The notes under the pieces: model-generated
Databases searched by the model: none
Seen by the model: the letters and a program-made list of their open reading frames with translations, nothing else
Told to the model about the DNA's origin: nothing
Part shown: piece by piece, positions 9,074-17,321 of the stretch
Numbering within the stretch: position 1 is the first letter of the stretch
How the letters are laid out: each line of letters starts with the position of its first letter
Made by a program: the position numbers and the translations under genes
DNA from: an uncultured virus (IMG/VR IMGVR_UViG_3300006467_000431)
Lineage: Duplodnaviria > Heunggongvirae > Uroviricota > Caudoviricetes
Direction: 5' to 3' (one strand)
IMG/VR virus record: IMGVR_UViG_3300006467_000431
Length of the DNA: 20,000 nt

Positions 9074-9823
9074 ATGAAGGGATCCAACGACTACCTCGAC
9101 CTGAACTCCTTCATCCACAGCGAGCTCGCCTTCCGATGGGGGCAAGTCGACTGGAACGGCACGACCCTCGTGAAGACGGGTGGCTTGGCTCAGACCTATG
9201 TCTCCACCGATGATGGAGCTGTACTCTCCGGCACCGGATATGGCAGCGGCCCGGTGATCTCTGCCGATGCAACGGGTGGAAATGGCTATGCCTACATCAC
9301 GGGGTCGGGCAGCGTCAACGTTTCACCATCGCCTACGGGTGGTATTCTTGCCTCTCACACCTTCTCGATCGATGTCGAGTCCGATCTGTCGACCATTCGG
9401 ATCTTCAGCGGGATTTCGAGCGCAGGCGATGAGTCGCTGGTCACGACGGACGACTTCGCTGTCGATGCAGCTGGGTTCAACTACAGCGTCCCGGCGGGTC
9501 ACACGACTTTCCAGTTTGTCTTCTCGACATCTGGAGACGGGCCGGTCTTCTTCGACACGGGTGTGGCCTTCCAGACGGGCGTGATCTATCACACCCAGAT
9601 CTACTCGGTGGGCGATGGCCTGTGGCGTGTGCGCCTGTACAACTGGACGACGGGAGAGCTCCTCTGGGCGGCTGAGTACAACCCAGCCAACCTCTTCGAC
9701 CCCTACGACTCGACGGTGCCTCTGCCGCTCTACCAGGGAGTGGGCGTTACGGCCAACGTGGCCGGGATGCGTCATCTCTATTCGAAGATTGGTGTCCGGG
9801 CCTTGATGTACGGAAACTTCTAG
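9074..9823 (+). CDS. Putative virion structural protein (beta-rich)
   Basis: G/S/T/V-rich and low in Lys; a beta-sandwich-like C-terminal half; adjacent to other structural-like genes. Confidence 0.5.
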   Translation: MKGSNDYLDLNSFIHSELAFRWGQVDWNGTTLVKTGGLAQTYVSTDDGAVLSGTGYGSGPVISADATGGNGYAYITGSGSVNVSPSPTGGILASHTFSIDVESDLSTIRIFSGISSAGDESLVTTDDFAVDAAGFNYSVPAGHTTFQFVFSTSGDGPVFFDTGVAFQTGVIYHTQIYSVGDGLWRVRLYNWTTGELLWAAEYNPANLFDPYDSTVPLPLYQGVGVTANVAGMRHLYSKIGVRALMYGNF

Positions 9824-9837
9824 GACCCCCTTGATCC

Positions 9838-10092
9838 TCAGTCTCCGTCAAGCCAGAAGGGGCCGAGGGTTAGGTCGGCGCCCTGGAGGATGAGGTCTCT
9901 CCGTAGCTCCTCTCCCTGCACGATAGCCCCGCCTGGAATCGTTGCATCGTGAACCACCGAGGCCCACATCGTGTAGGTGTTCGCAGGGGTCTGGATATCG
10001 TGCACAACTGAGGCAAACATCGTGGTGATGTTCACTGGAGCTTGAGCGTCGTGCACGACCGACGTGAACATGGTGTAGCCATCGATGGCCAT
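9838..10092 (-). CDS. Small protein with three 17-aa repeats
   Basis: YTMFTSVVHD / TTMFASVVHD / YTMWASVVHD at a 17-residue period; starts 1 nt after the upstream stop. Confidence 0.65.
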   Translation of the reverse strand: MAIDGYTMFTSVVHDAQAPVNITTMFASVVHDIQTPANTYTMWASVVHDATIPGGAIVQGEELRRDLILQGADLTLGPFWLDGD

Positions 10093-10093
10093 G

Positions 10094-11152
10094 TCAGGTG
10101 CTCACGATCTCGTAGACGAGCTCAGGCGCGTCGGTGGAACCCCAGGCGCCTCCCGATGGTTTGGTGTTCGCCAAGGCGTAGGCGTAGTAGGTGCCGGCAC
10201 CACCGATGGGGGTGTTCGCTCCAGAGGTCTCGGCCACGCCATCTCCGACGAGGGCCTTGGCGGTGAGGACCTGGCCTCCAGAGAAGGAGTGGTTGAGGAC
10301 GGAGTCGACGACGGTGGGTGTCGTTCCAAGCGCCGTTGCTAGATTCGCTCCTCCATTGTTTGTCAGCGTCTGCACGCGGTCCGAGGCCGACGGGGCGGCA
10401 TTCTGGGTGTAGGTGGAGGTGTCGATGGGTGACTCGAGGACGGCGTAGTCGTCGACGCCCACCGATGGAGTCCAGGTCCCGACATTGGTACCGTCCACGT
10501 TGGCTTCGACGCGGGTGCAGAATCGTGGGAGTTCTCCAGCATCGGCCGTATCGTCGTAGCAGATGATCTGCCCGATGAGCCAGTCGCCTGTGACGGGACT
10601 TCCCATTCCCTGCATCTGGATCGATCCAGACACTTCAGCGCTCGATGCGTCGGTGTAGGCAGCCGTGGCAGCCAAACCGTCGATGAACAGCTGGCCACTC
10701 CAAGTTGCGGTGCTCATGTCGAACTGAACAGAGAGGTAGTGCCACTCGTCCCAGTCGTAGGGGGCCGTCGTCTCCTTGAGGACATTATCGACGTAGAACC
10801 TCAAGCTCTTGCTGTCACCACCCGGTCGCACCCCGATGGTGCGCCCAGTCCCAGCCCCATTGATGCGAAGGATGTTGTAGATCGTGCTGCTGAAGGCCAG
10901 ATCAGCCGAGCTGATGCGCTTGACAGGGGCTGCTACCCATCCCTTGGCCGTGGAAGGGAAGGCTGCCGCAGGAAAGGTCACGACGCCCGTGCTGGTCAAC
11001 CCGAGAGAATAACGGGCTGGGCTGCCAATGTACGTGTAGCTGTTGTCGGATCCAGTGAACGCTCCCACGGCAGAGCTGAAGCCGAACCCTGGCCCGCTCG
11101 TCAGGATCGTTCCGTCTTCATCTCCGAAGGCCCAGTGCCAGTTGATCGCCAC
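10094..11152 (-). CDS. Putative virion protein with LamG/concanavalin-A-like domain
   Basis: DEWHYLSVQFD...SGQLFIDG resembles the LamG-like pattern WH.V...D.....L.VDG; G/S/T/A-rich. Confidence 0.6.
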   Translation of the reverse strand: MAINWHWAFGDEDGTILTSGPGFGFSSAVGAFTGSDNSYTYIGSPARYSLGLTSTGVVTFPAAAFPSTAKGWVAAPVKRISSADLAFSSTIYNILRINGAGTGRTIGVRPGGDSKSLRFYVDNVLKETTAPYDWDEWHYLSVQFDMSTATWSGQLFIDGLAATAAYTDASSAEVSGSIQMQGMGSPVTGDWLIGQIICYDDTADAGELPRFCTRVEANVDGTNVGTWTPSVGVDDYAVLESPIDTSTYTQNAAPSASDRVQTLTNNGGANLATALGTTPTVVDSVLNHSFSGGQVLTAKALVGDGVAETSGANTPIGGAGTYYAYALANTKPSGGAWGSTDAPELVYEIVST

Positions 11153-11153
11153 A

Positions 11154-11408
11154 TCAGCCTCCGAGAACGCCAGGGTAGTCGGCCTGCACCTGCTTGCCCG
11201 TCACCTTCTCCCACCCTGGTGCGGGATGGTCGTAGTCAGGATGCAGCGCGATGACGAAGCGGGGAGGCGTGCGCTCCCGATCGTAGATCAGGGTCTTGTA
11301 CCGAGGAGGGATGTCCGCCTCCTCGAGGCCGTTGCCCTCATCCTTGGCGGGGGAGATCAGTCCCTCCTCGTTGGTGAAGCTGTCTGCATAGTAGAAGCTG
11401 CCGGCCAT
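11154..11408 (-). CDS. Hypothetical protein in the structural cluster
   Basis: 84 aa, packed with 1-3 nt gaps between neighbours; GAGGTG RBS. Confidence 0.6.
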   Translation of the reverse strand: MAGSFYYADSFTNEEGLISPAKDEGNGLEEADIPPRYKTLIYDRERTPPRFVIALHPDYDHPAPGWEKVTGKQVQADYPGVLGG

Positions 11409-11411
11409 CGG

Positions 11412-12293
11412 TCACCTCGTGAAGCGTTGGACGAAGACTTGACCTCGGGATCCGGTTGGATCGTCCAGCCAGACAAGCACCGATCCAAAGGTCGCCCACT
11501 TGCTGAAGGACAGAGCGAACTGGTCCACGGTCGTGAGCGGGATCTGGATCAAGTAGGGATTGGTCGTCACGACGCCCGAGGTGCGATCGGGGTCGGGGAG
11601 CCCATAGTGGGTCCAGTCAGCAGCGACAGCGACATCTGGTGCTGCCTCTCCGGACTGACGAGCGAAGACGTTGAGCAGGGTTGCTGGACCCGTACCGAGG
11701 TTCGTCATGTCGACGCTGATGACGAACCGGTTGAAGCCGGTCAAGTCGAAGGAGCTCGACTGAGCTGTCGCATCGGCTTCAGCGGCGGCTCGATCGGCGG
11801 CTCCAGAGAAGTTGGTGCCGCTGTGGTCCAAGATCAACGTGCGGGTGGGGTCGTCGACGGCCAAGGCGTCTCCCTGGAGGAAATCCACAATGCGCCACTC
11901 GACGCCGTTGTACTGCACGAACACCGTATCACCCGTTCCCCGCACGACGAAGGTTGCTGCACCGTTGATGGTGGACAGCGTGGGGGTGATGGTGACGAGG
12001 TTCGTCGTGGTGTCGGTCTTCTGGATGACGTAGATGCGTCCCACCGAGATGCCGGCCGGATCGGGGAGCGTGACCACCCGATCGGCTCCCGAGGCGTCGA
12101 TGTAGGCGTAGACTTGGTCGCCCAGCACGACGTCGCTCGAGCTTACGACCGTCGTGCCCCCCATGCCGGCCGGCGTGAGGGGGCGGTCGAGGGTCACGCC
12201 CGTCGACGAGGCCGTCATCGTCGCCTTGATGGAACCGAGTCCGATCTCCCAGGAGGAAACCAGCGTGCCTGCGATGTTCTTCAGCAGTCCCAC
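11412..12293 (-). CDS. Putative phage fibre/decoration protein
   Basis: The module DASGADRVVTLP...GRIYVIQKTD...N.VTI...TINGA...YNGVEWRI is typical of phage fibre/structural proteins; AGGAG precedes the GTG start. Confidence 0.6.
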   Translation of the reverse strand: MGLLKNIAGTLVSSWEIGLGSIKATMTASSTGVTLDRPLTPAGMGGTTVVSSSDVVLGDQVYAYIDASGADRVVTLPDPAGISVGRIYVIQKTDTTTNLVTITPTLSTINGAATFVVRGTGDTVFVQYNGVEWRIVDFLQGDALAVDDPTRTLILDHSGTNFSGAADRAAAEADATAQSSSFDLTGFNRFVISVDMTNLGTGPATLLNVFARQSGEAAPDVAVAADWTHYGLPDPDRTSGVVTTNPYLIQIPLTTVDQFALSFSKWATFGSVLVWLDDPTGSRGQVFVQRFTR

Positions 12294-12302
12294 AGCATGC
12301 TC

Positions 12303-12830
12303 CTATGGATCGACGTTGCCGTAGGTGACGGTGATGACCGCCAGGCCTGTCGTCGGGGTTCCGCCGAGAGTCGCTCGCACCACCGACGCACCGGGCCATG
12401 CGGTGACCTGGTCCACGCTGAAGGTGTCAGCGGACGACAGGTCGGCCTGGGCCTGGTCGAAGATGCGGTTGGCCACCGAGGTATCCCCGACGTTGAGGAA
12501 GGCGCCTCCATCGAAGGGGACCGTGACCTGCACGTCGATGGAGAAGACCTGGTTCCCAGCGGCCAGGGAGGTTACCGAGTCGAAGCTGCCTGCACCTCCG
12601 GCACCCGAGACCACGAACTGAACCGTCCGACGGAGACCTGTCGTCAGCCCGCTTCCTGCAAGGGCAAGCCAGGTCGTTGCGCCGTCGGTGTTCTGATAGA
12701 CGATGGCGGCATCGTTGCGAGCGAACAGGGAGCCAAGGGGTGCTTCGACCACCCCTGATGGATCTCCAGTACCTGAGACGAGCTCGACGTCTCCGAACCG
12801 GACCCGCTCGACGTAGATCTTGCCGTTCAT
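12303..12830 (-). CDS. Putative virion structural protein
   Basis: GTGDPSGVVEAPLGSLFARND resembles the G.P.G.V.A..GS.Y.R.D motif of phage tail proteins, followed by a V.V..PFDG...L.VGD beta-rich module; GGAG RBS. Confidence 0.55.
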   Translation of the reverse strand: MNGKIYVERVRFGDVELVSGTGDPSGVVEAPLGSLFARNDAAIVYQNTDGATTWLALAGSGLTTGLRRTVQFVVSGAGGAGSFDSVTSLAAGNQVFSIDVQVTVPFDGGAFLNVGDTSVANRIFDQAQADLSSADTFSVDQVTAWPGASVVRATLGGTPTTGLAVITVTYGNVDP

Positions 12831-12953
12831 CGATGCTCCAGCGAGTCCACGCAGGAATCAGCGGGCCTGCTCAAGCATCCGAGGACGTCTTGAGGAGGGG
12901 CCGGTTGAGTTTGAAGAGAAGGAACAGGTGGGGGGAGGGTGGCAATCTGTGGA

Positions 12954-13208
12954 CTACAGGCCATCCTTCGAGTGGAGCTCGATGACGAACTCACCCGTCA
13001 GTCCGCGCACCGACTTGCTGGTGCGCTTGACGATCTCGCCCTCATCGAGGAGCTGGTGGACCGACATGCGTGCATCGCGCCGTGTGTTGGCCTTGTCTTC
13101 CCCGATCCACCACTTGACGATGGAGATGATGTCGGCCCAGGGGTTGTTCTGGATGAAGACCAAGATCTTCTCCTTGACCTCGGCGGGGACACTGTAGGTC
13201 TGGGTCAT
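12954..13208 (-). CDS. Putative winged-helix DNA-binding protein
   Basis: Start moved to ATG 13208 (AGGAG at 13216-13220). KILVFIQNNP...ARMSVHQLLDEGEIVK is a wHTH-like pattern. Confidence 0.55.
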   Translation of the reverse strand: MTQTYSVPAEVKEKILVFIQNNPWADIISIVKWWIGEDKANTRRDARMSVHQLLDEGEIVKRTSKSVRGLTGEFVIELHSKDGL

Positions 13209-13218
13209 GGGGTGGCTC

Positions 13219-14058
13219 CTACTTGTACTGAAAGGTCTCTGCGAAGAGGGGGTAGCGACGGACAACAGCCTGGGCAACGTCCGCTGGAACGATCTTGGGC
13301 CAGGTTGGCTCACGGAACTCGATCTTTCCGAAGCCCTCATGGGGGTAGAGACCGAGGTAGCGCTCGTCGCGATCTTGGGAGACACGCTCGACGCTGTCGA
13401 CGTTGTATTCGAAGGGCTCTTCGCCGAGTTCCTTGTGGATCAACTCGAGGACGGCCTGGGGTCGAGCGACGAACTTCTCGTACTGAACGACAAGGATGTA
13501 GTCATCGACATCGGATCCAGGCGTATGCCCCAAGCGAAGAAGGTTCTCGACCGCCAGGATGGCGCTGCCGACGAGCCCCGATGGCTGGAAGAGGTTGTCG
13601 GCGATGCTGTGGACGGTGCGACGACCGAGCTCGGCAGAGCTTCGGATCATCGGATCAACGGCCTGTTGCCTCAGGATGGAGGAAAGAACCTCCCTCGGGT
13701 CACGCACCATGACGATCATCTTCCCCTCGGGGAAGAGGTGGCGGAACACGTCGTGCTGGAACATCCAAGCGTTGGATCGATCCTTGTCGAAGATCACCGG
13801 CTCGTCCCGAACGCTGTACCATCCCTGGACGAAGCCTCGAGCGGCCTCACGCAGACGCTGATGGGTGACCTCTCCCTTCGCGAGCTCGGATTTGAACTCT
13901 TCGCTGTGGGTCATCGCAGCGTTGAGCCCATGGACCGTCATGGCCACACGAGAGGTGTCCGAGGCATGAAACCTCGGGTGGCTGTTGAGGACGTTGCACA
14001 TCAGCGTGCTGCCACTGCGAGGGAGGCTGCATAGGGCGTGGACTTGCTTGTGGATCAT
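13219..14058 (-). CDS. PAPS-dependent sulfotransferase (Sulfotransfer_3-like)
   Basis: 5'-PSB loop LPRSGSTLM..VLNSHP, DK motif, 3'-PB motif MVRDPREVLSS, and YEKFVARP...L..I...LG. Confidence 0.88.
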   Translation of the reverse strand: MIHKQVHALCSLPRSGSTLMCNVLNSHPRFHASDTSRVAMTVHGLNAAMTHSEEFKSELAKGEVTHQRLREAARGFVQGWYSVRDEPVIFDKDRSNAWMFQHDVFRHLFPEGKMIVMVRDPREVLSSILRQQAVDPMIRSSAELGRRTVHSIADNLFQPSGLVGSAILAVENLLRLGHTPGSDVDDYILVVQYEKFVARPQAVLELIHKELGEEPFEYNVDSVERVSQDRDERYLGLYPHEGFGKIEFREPTWPKIVPADVAQAVVRRYPLFAETFQYK

Positions 14059-15158
14059 GTAGTGCTATCGACGATGAGTCCCATCGAGGCGAGGCTCGAC
14101 AGCAGGCTCGTCAGCGCAGCATTGCCGCCCTTGGCGCCCGTCACGGTGGGTCGGTTGAAGATCTGGTTGGCGCCGGCCGAGTGAATGCCGATGTTCGTGC
14201 CGTCGCACCATACAGATCCGTTGGCGGGCGCGCCTGGAACTGCTGCGAGATGATGGAGACGAATTCCAACACCGAACTGGGCGGTGTCGTTCACGCTGTT
14301 GACGCCGACTCCGAACTGCTGGCAGTTGTCCCCGTCGGCCTGGATGGCACCGTTGGCCGAGGAACCTGTCGCGAAGGCACCGAGACCATCGGCTTGGATG
14401 TCGTAGGTCTGCGCATACCCGAGTGCTGTGGAACCGTAGGCACGGGCTCGGACCTCTCCGTCATCAGAGGCCATGCCATGAGCAAAGGCTCCATGGGCCA
14501 GAGCTGTGACATCTCCACCTGTGGCGTAGACAAAGCCACTGGCGTGAGCACCATTGCCTCGTGCTTGGATGGAACCGTTGACCGACATGTTCCCATACCG
14601 GTCTCCGAGAGCTCCTTGCGCAAAGGCTCCAGAACCGTAAGCACGAATCCTTCCGGTAGCGTTCGCAGAGGTGTAGACCGCTCCAAACGCGAAACTTCCA
14701 GAGCCGCCGTAGCCATAGGCCTCGATATCGGCACTGCTCGTGCCGCCAGCACGAGCAAAACCTCCAATGAACTGGGCGCCCACGCCGGGGGTGTTGGGTC
14801 CCGTGAAGATGCTGGAGGTAGCAGTGTCGAGAGCAATGGCATAGCCATTGATGAAGGAGTTGGGTCCACCAACGCCGTACACTCGGGCAGTCGCTCCTGG
14901 GTCTACAGCATTGACACGTCCTATCACTGCTGCGGGACTGTCGTTGCCACCCGAGAAGAACCCAGCGCTGGCCTCGACGAGTTCCGTTCCTCCGCCTGCT
15001 GCAAAGTTCCCGACAATGATGTGGGAGGAGTTGTCGTTGGCGAAGCGGTCGATGGTTGGATTGCCACCCTGAGCCAGCGTCTCGCGGAACCCAGAGATTC
15101 CGCTGATCCGGAGAGACTCAGAGCCAAGCTCGTCTGCGAAGATTCGTCCACCTGCCAT
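14055..15158 (-). CDS. Putative tail fibre/adhesin with Gly/Ala-rich beta-roll-like repeats
   Basis: Repeats of the form I.A.G.GAFA.G (RAYGSGAFAQG, QARGNGAHASG, TALAHGAFAHG, QADGLGAFATG). C-terminus PTVTGAKGGNAALTSLLSSLASMGLIVDSTT resembles phage fibre ends. Start inferred at ATG 15158. Confidence 0.65.
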   Translation of the reverse strand: MAGGRIFADELGSESLRISGISGFRETLAQGGNPTIDRFANDNSSHIIVGNFAAGGGTELVEASAGFFSGGNDSPAAVIGRVNAVDPGATARVYGVGGPNSFINGYAIALDTATSSIFTGPNTPGVGAQFIGGFARAGGTSSADIEAYGYGGSGSFAFGAVYTSANATGRIRAYGSGAFAQGALGDRYGNMSVNGSIQARGNGAHASGFVYATGGDVTALAHGAFAHGMASDDGEVRARAYGSTALGYAQTYDIQADGLGAFATGSSANGAIQADGDNCQQFGVGVNSVNDTAQFGVGIRLHHLAAVPGAPANGSVWCDGTNIGIHSAGANQIFNRPTVTGAKGGNAALTSLLSSLASMGLIVDSTT

Positions 15159-15260
15159 GATGCCACCCGGGGAGTGAGAGTGATGCTGGCAGCAGCTTAA
15201 CACCTGCAGGGGAGTCAGGCGCATTGACGGCTTCAAATGGGCCCGAAGTATCTTTTGTGC

Positions 15261-15289
15261 TCGACACGGACCGTGTCATCGCTTAGACT
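15261..15289 (+). promoter_or_regulatory. Sigma70-like promoter with overlapping palindromic operator (copy 3)
   Basis: TCGACA (15261-15266), 17 bp, TAGACT (15284-15289). Contains cGACACG-GAC-CGTGTCA and lies in a divergent intergenic region. Confidence 0.7.
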
Positions 15290-15322
15290 CCAGGAGCACC
15301 AACTCTCTGCACGGAGTTCCCT

Positions 15323-15913
15323 GTGAACGTCAAGAACGACCCCCTCGATTTCTGCTCGGTCCTCCTCTTTGGCAACTGCCGTGATCCGATCCATCGTGAG
15401 GACGGCATCGTCTTCGGGATGATGGTGGGGGAGCGCACCATGGAGCTCAACGAAGAGCAGGAGAAGAGCCTGCAGAACTACCTGTCGGCGATCCATGTCT
15501 CGAGCGACATCGGGATGGTGGCTGTGGCTCTCGATGGCGACGAGGTCGTTGAGTTGGTCTCGAGCCCCGACTTCCTCGATGCCGACATGGAGGTCGAGAT
15601 GTCGATCTCGGTGCACCCGGACTACCGTCGCAGGAGCATCGGTCTGTTCCTGTCTCTGATGGCTTCGGAGGTGTGTCGCAGCAACGACGCGATCATGCTG
15701 TTCGAGCCCGCGACGAATGACGGGTTTGCTCTCTCGGATGCGCTGATGAAGATCAGCAACAACGCCTTCTACCGGGTGATGTTCTCCTACCTCGAGACCT
15801 TCCCTGGAGCGCTGCTGGGGGGCACCTTTACCGAGCTCGAGAACGAGAAGCACTGTCAGCTGCGGGATGTTGCTCGTCGCACCCCTCCGGTCACCTACTC
15901 CGAGTTCATGTGA
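15323..15913 (+). CDS. GNAT-family acetyltransferase-like protein
   Basis: Acetyl-CoA-binding motif A, ISVHPDYRRRSIGLFL; GGAG precedes the GTG start. Confidence 0.65.
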   Translation: MNVKNDPLDFCSVLLFGNCRDPIHREDGIVFGMMVGERTMELNEEQEKSLQNYLSAIHVSSDIGMVAVALDGDEVVELVSSPDFLDADMEVEMSISVHPDYRRRSIGLFLSLMASEVCRSNDAIMLFEPATNDGFALSDALMKISNNAFYRVMFSYLETFPGALLGGTFTELENEKHCQLRDVARRTPPVTYSEFM

Positions 15914-15964
15914 TCTCTCGCGCTGATTCCCCTCCACCAACCATGACCTTCGAGGTTCTCTCCC

Positions 15965-16234
15965 ATGGACTACAGCTACAAGGGACACGACCTGTCCAAC
16001 CTGACGCCCAGCCCACACTCCACCGCCCACAGGGTGTGGGACAAGGATAGCGTGTACAGCTTCCTTGACTACCCGAACTGGTGGGGGGCAGTGGCTCGCT
16101 ACCACTTCCTGCGCCTGTCTCCCGAAGATCAGCTCTGGATCATCGATCGGTTGACCGAGCGTGCCTCTCGTCCGTCCGAGCCTGCTGGTCAGCAGGAGCA
16201 CAGTGTCGTCATGGACGCCATCCTTCGGGGATGA
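15965..16234 (+). CDS. Small hypothetical protein
   Basis: GAGG RBS; 89 aa with typical codon bias. Confidence 0.55.
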   Translation: MDYSYKGHDLSNLTPSPHSTAHRVWDKDSVYSFLDYPNWWGAVARYHFLRLSPEDQLWIIDRLTERASRPSEPAGQQEHSVVMDAILRG

Positions 16235-16260
16235 TGAGCCTTCGTGCCGGGAGAAGCACA

Positions 16261-16833
16261 ATGATCCAGCACAAGACCGAGCTTCTGCTCATGTCGAAAG
16301 CCCATGTGGCAAACCTTCTGCCGATGCTGCAGTGGGAGCTGCACCCTGGCAGCTACCTCGAAGCGTGGCTCTCGAAGGGAGAGCTGAAGGTCCGCATCTA
16401 CAGCTCTCAGCTCGACAAGGCATCTATGCGCATTGTTCGTTCTGAGGCATTCGACAGCGACATCCAGGTCATCGCGGGCACGCTCATCGACCATCGGTTC
16501 CGGACCTCGGCTCAGATCGGCCCTCGCTATCGACAGCTCGCTGTGCAGCCTGATGGGCGCCTGGAGATCCGAGATCCAGTGAACCTGGTGCCAGGGCAGA
16601 CCGAGGTCCGTGTGCGCAACGACAGCTTCCATGTTCCTGCCGGCACGAGGCACTGGCTCGAGTCGTACTTCGCCGTGGTGCTCATGGCCGTGGGCGACGA
16701 GAAGACCGGCGTGTCGACGGTGTGCTGGCTACACGACGTGCCGTTCCAGATCGGCCCTCTCTCTCCTTCGCCACTCTTGTGGCAGCCCATCCTCGAACAG
16801 GCACGCAACGCTCTTCTGGAGACCCTGTCATGA
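16261..16833 (+). CDS. Hypothetical protein
   Basis: Start moved to ATG 16261 after GGAGAAG; ATGA overlap downstream. Confidence 0.65.
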   Translation: MIQHKTELLLMSKAHVANLLPMLQWELHPGSYLEAWLSKGELKVRIYSSQLDKASMRIVRSEAFDSDIQVIAGTLIDHRFRTSAQIGPRYRQLAVQPDGRLEIRDPVNLVPGQTEVRVRNDSFHVPAGTRHWLESYFAVVLMAVGDEKTGVSTVCWLHDVPFQIGPLSPSPLLWQPILEQARNALLETLS

Positions 16834-17321
16834 TGATCGACCTTCCCGACAACACCCTCGACTGGATTCGCACCCACTGCACCGCTCTGCGCCTGACCGC
16901 TCCTCCCAAGGCCGGAGAGGAAGAAGTGGACACGGACAGGCGCTTACGAGAGCAGACCGCCTTCCTCCTCAAGATGGCTCACCCTACGGTGGGGGACATC
17001 TACCTGAACCTGGTCGAGCTGCACCTGCGGGGCACTCCCTTCCTGCTGGCTCTCGAGCACTACGTCGACCGAGACGAAGCACTGCAGAAGGCCAGGCTTC
17101 ATGGCTTCGAGGCCGAGCTCGCCTTCACGGGCTGGGCCTATGGCTTCGATGTGCGTGAAGGCCATCCCTTGCTCGATGGAGACGAGGGGTGCTTCATCTG
17201 CCATCAGCCCATCACGGCAGGGCAGTACGTCATCATCATGCCGGGACCCGACCCGGCCTTCCATCCCTACCACTCGGAGCCCTGTCTCGCAGAGCACCTG
17301 GGGATCGGGAAGGCTCCATGA
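16830..17321 (+). CDS. Hypothetical protein with a C-terminal putative Zn-binding motif
   Basis: ATGA overlap start; CFICHQPI..G...H...C pattern. Confidence 0.6.
   Translation: MMIDLPDNTLDWIRTHCTALRLTAPPKAGEEEVDTDRRLREQTAFLLKMAHPTVGDIYLNLVELHLRGTPFLLALEHYVDRDEALQKARLHGFEAELAFTGWAYGFDVREGHPLLDGDEGCFICHQPITAGQYVIIMPGPDPAFHPYHSEPCLAEHLGIGKAP

Noticed and set aside
12394..12404. 11-nt match (GGCCATGCGGT) to the predicted TnpB guide seed at 19548-19558, inside a structural gene
   Set aside because: The match is short and GC-rich, stops at 11 nt, the IS boundary is uncertain and the TAM is unknown. Chance is plausible.
11043..12758. 571-aa plus-strand ORF and other long antisense ORFs (5753-7141, 13207-14034, 14181-15200, 15233-16261)
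   Set aside because: They are shadows of better-supported opposite-strand genes that have RBSs, motifs and tight packing; long antisense frames are expected at high GC.
14911..14926. TTGACACG half-site resembling the operator (a similar TTGACAC occurs near 827)
   Set aside because: Both lie inside coding sequence and lack the CGTGTCA half.
9046..15940. C-rich tracts upstream of genes 9074, 12830, 15158 and 15965 as a late-promoter motif
   Set aside because: They are low complexity, with no consistent consensus or spacing visible by eye.
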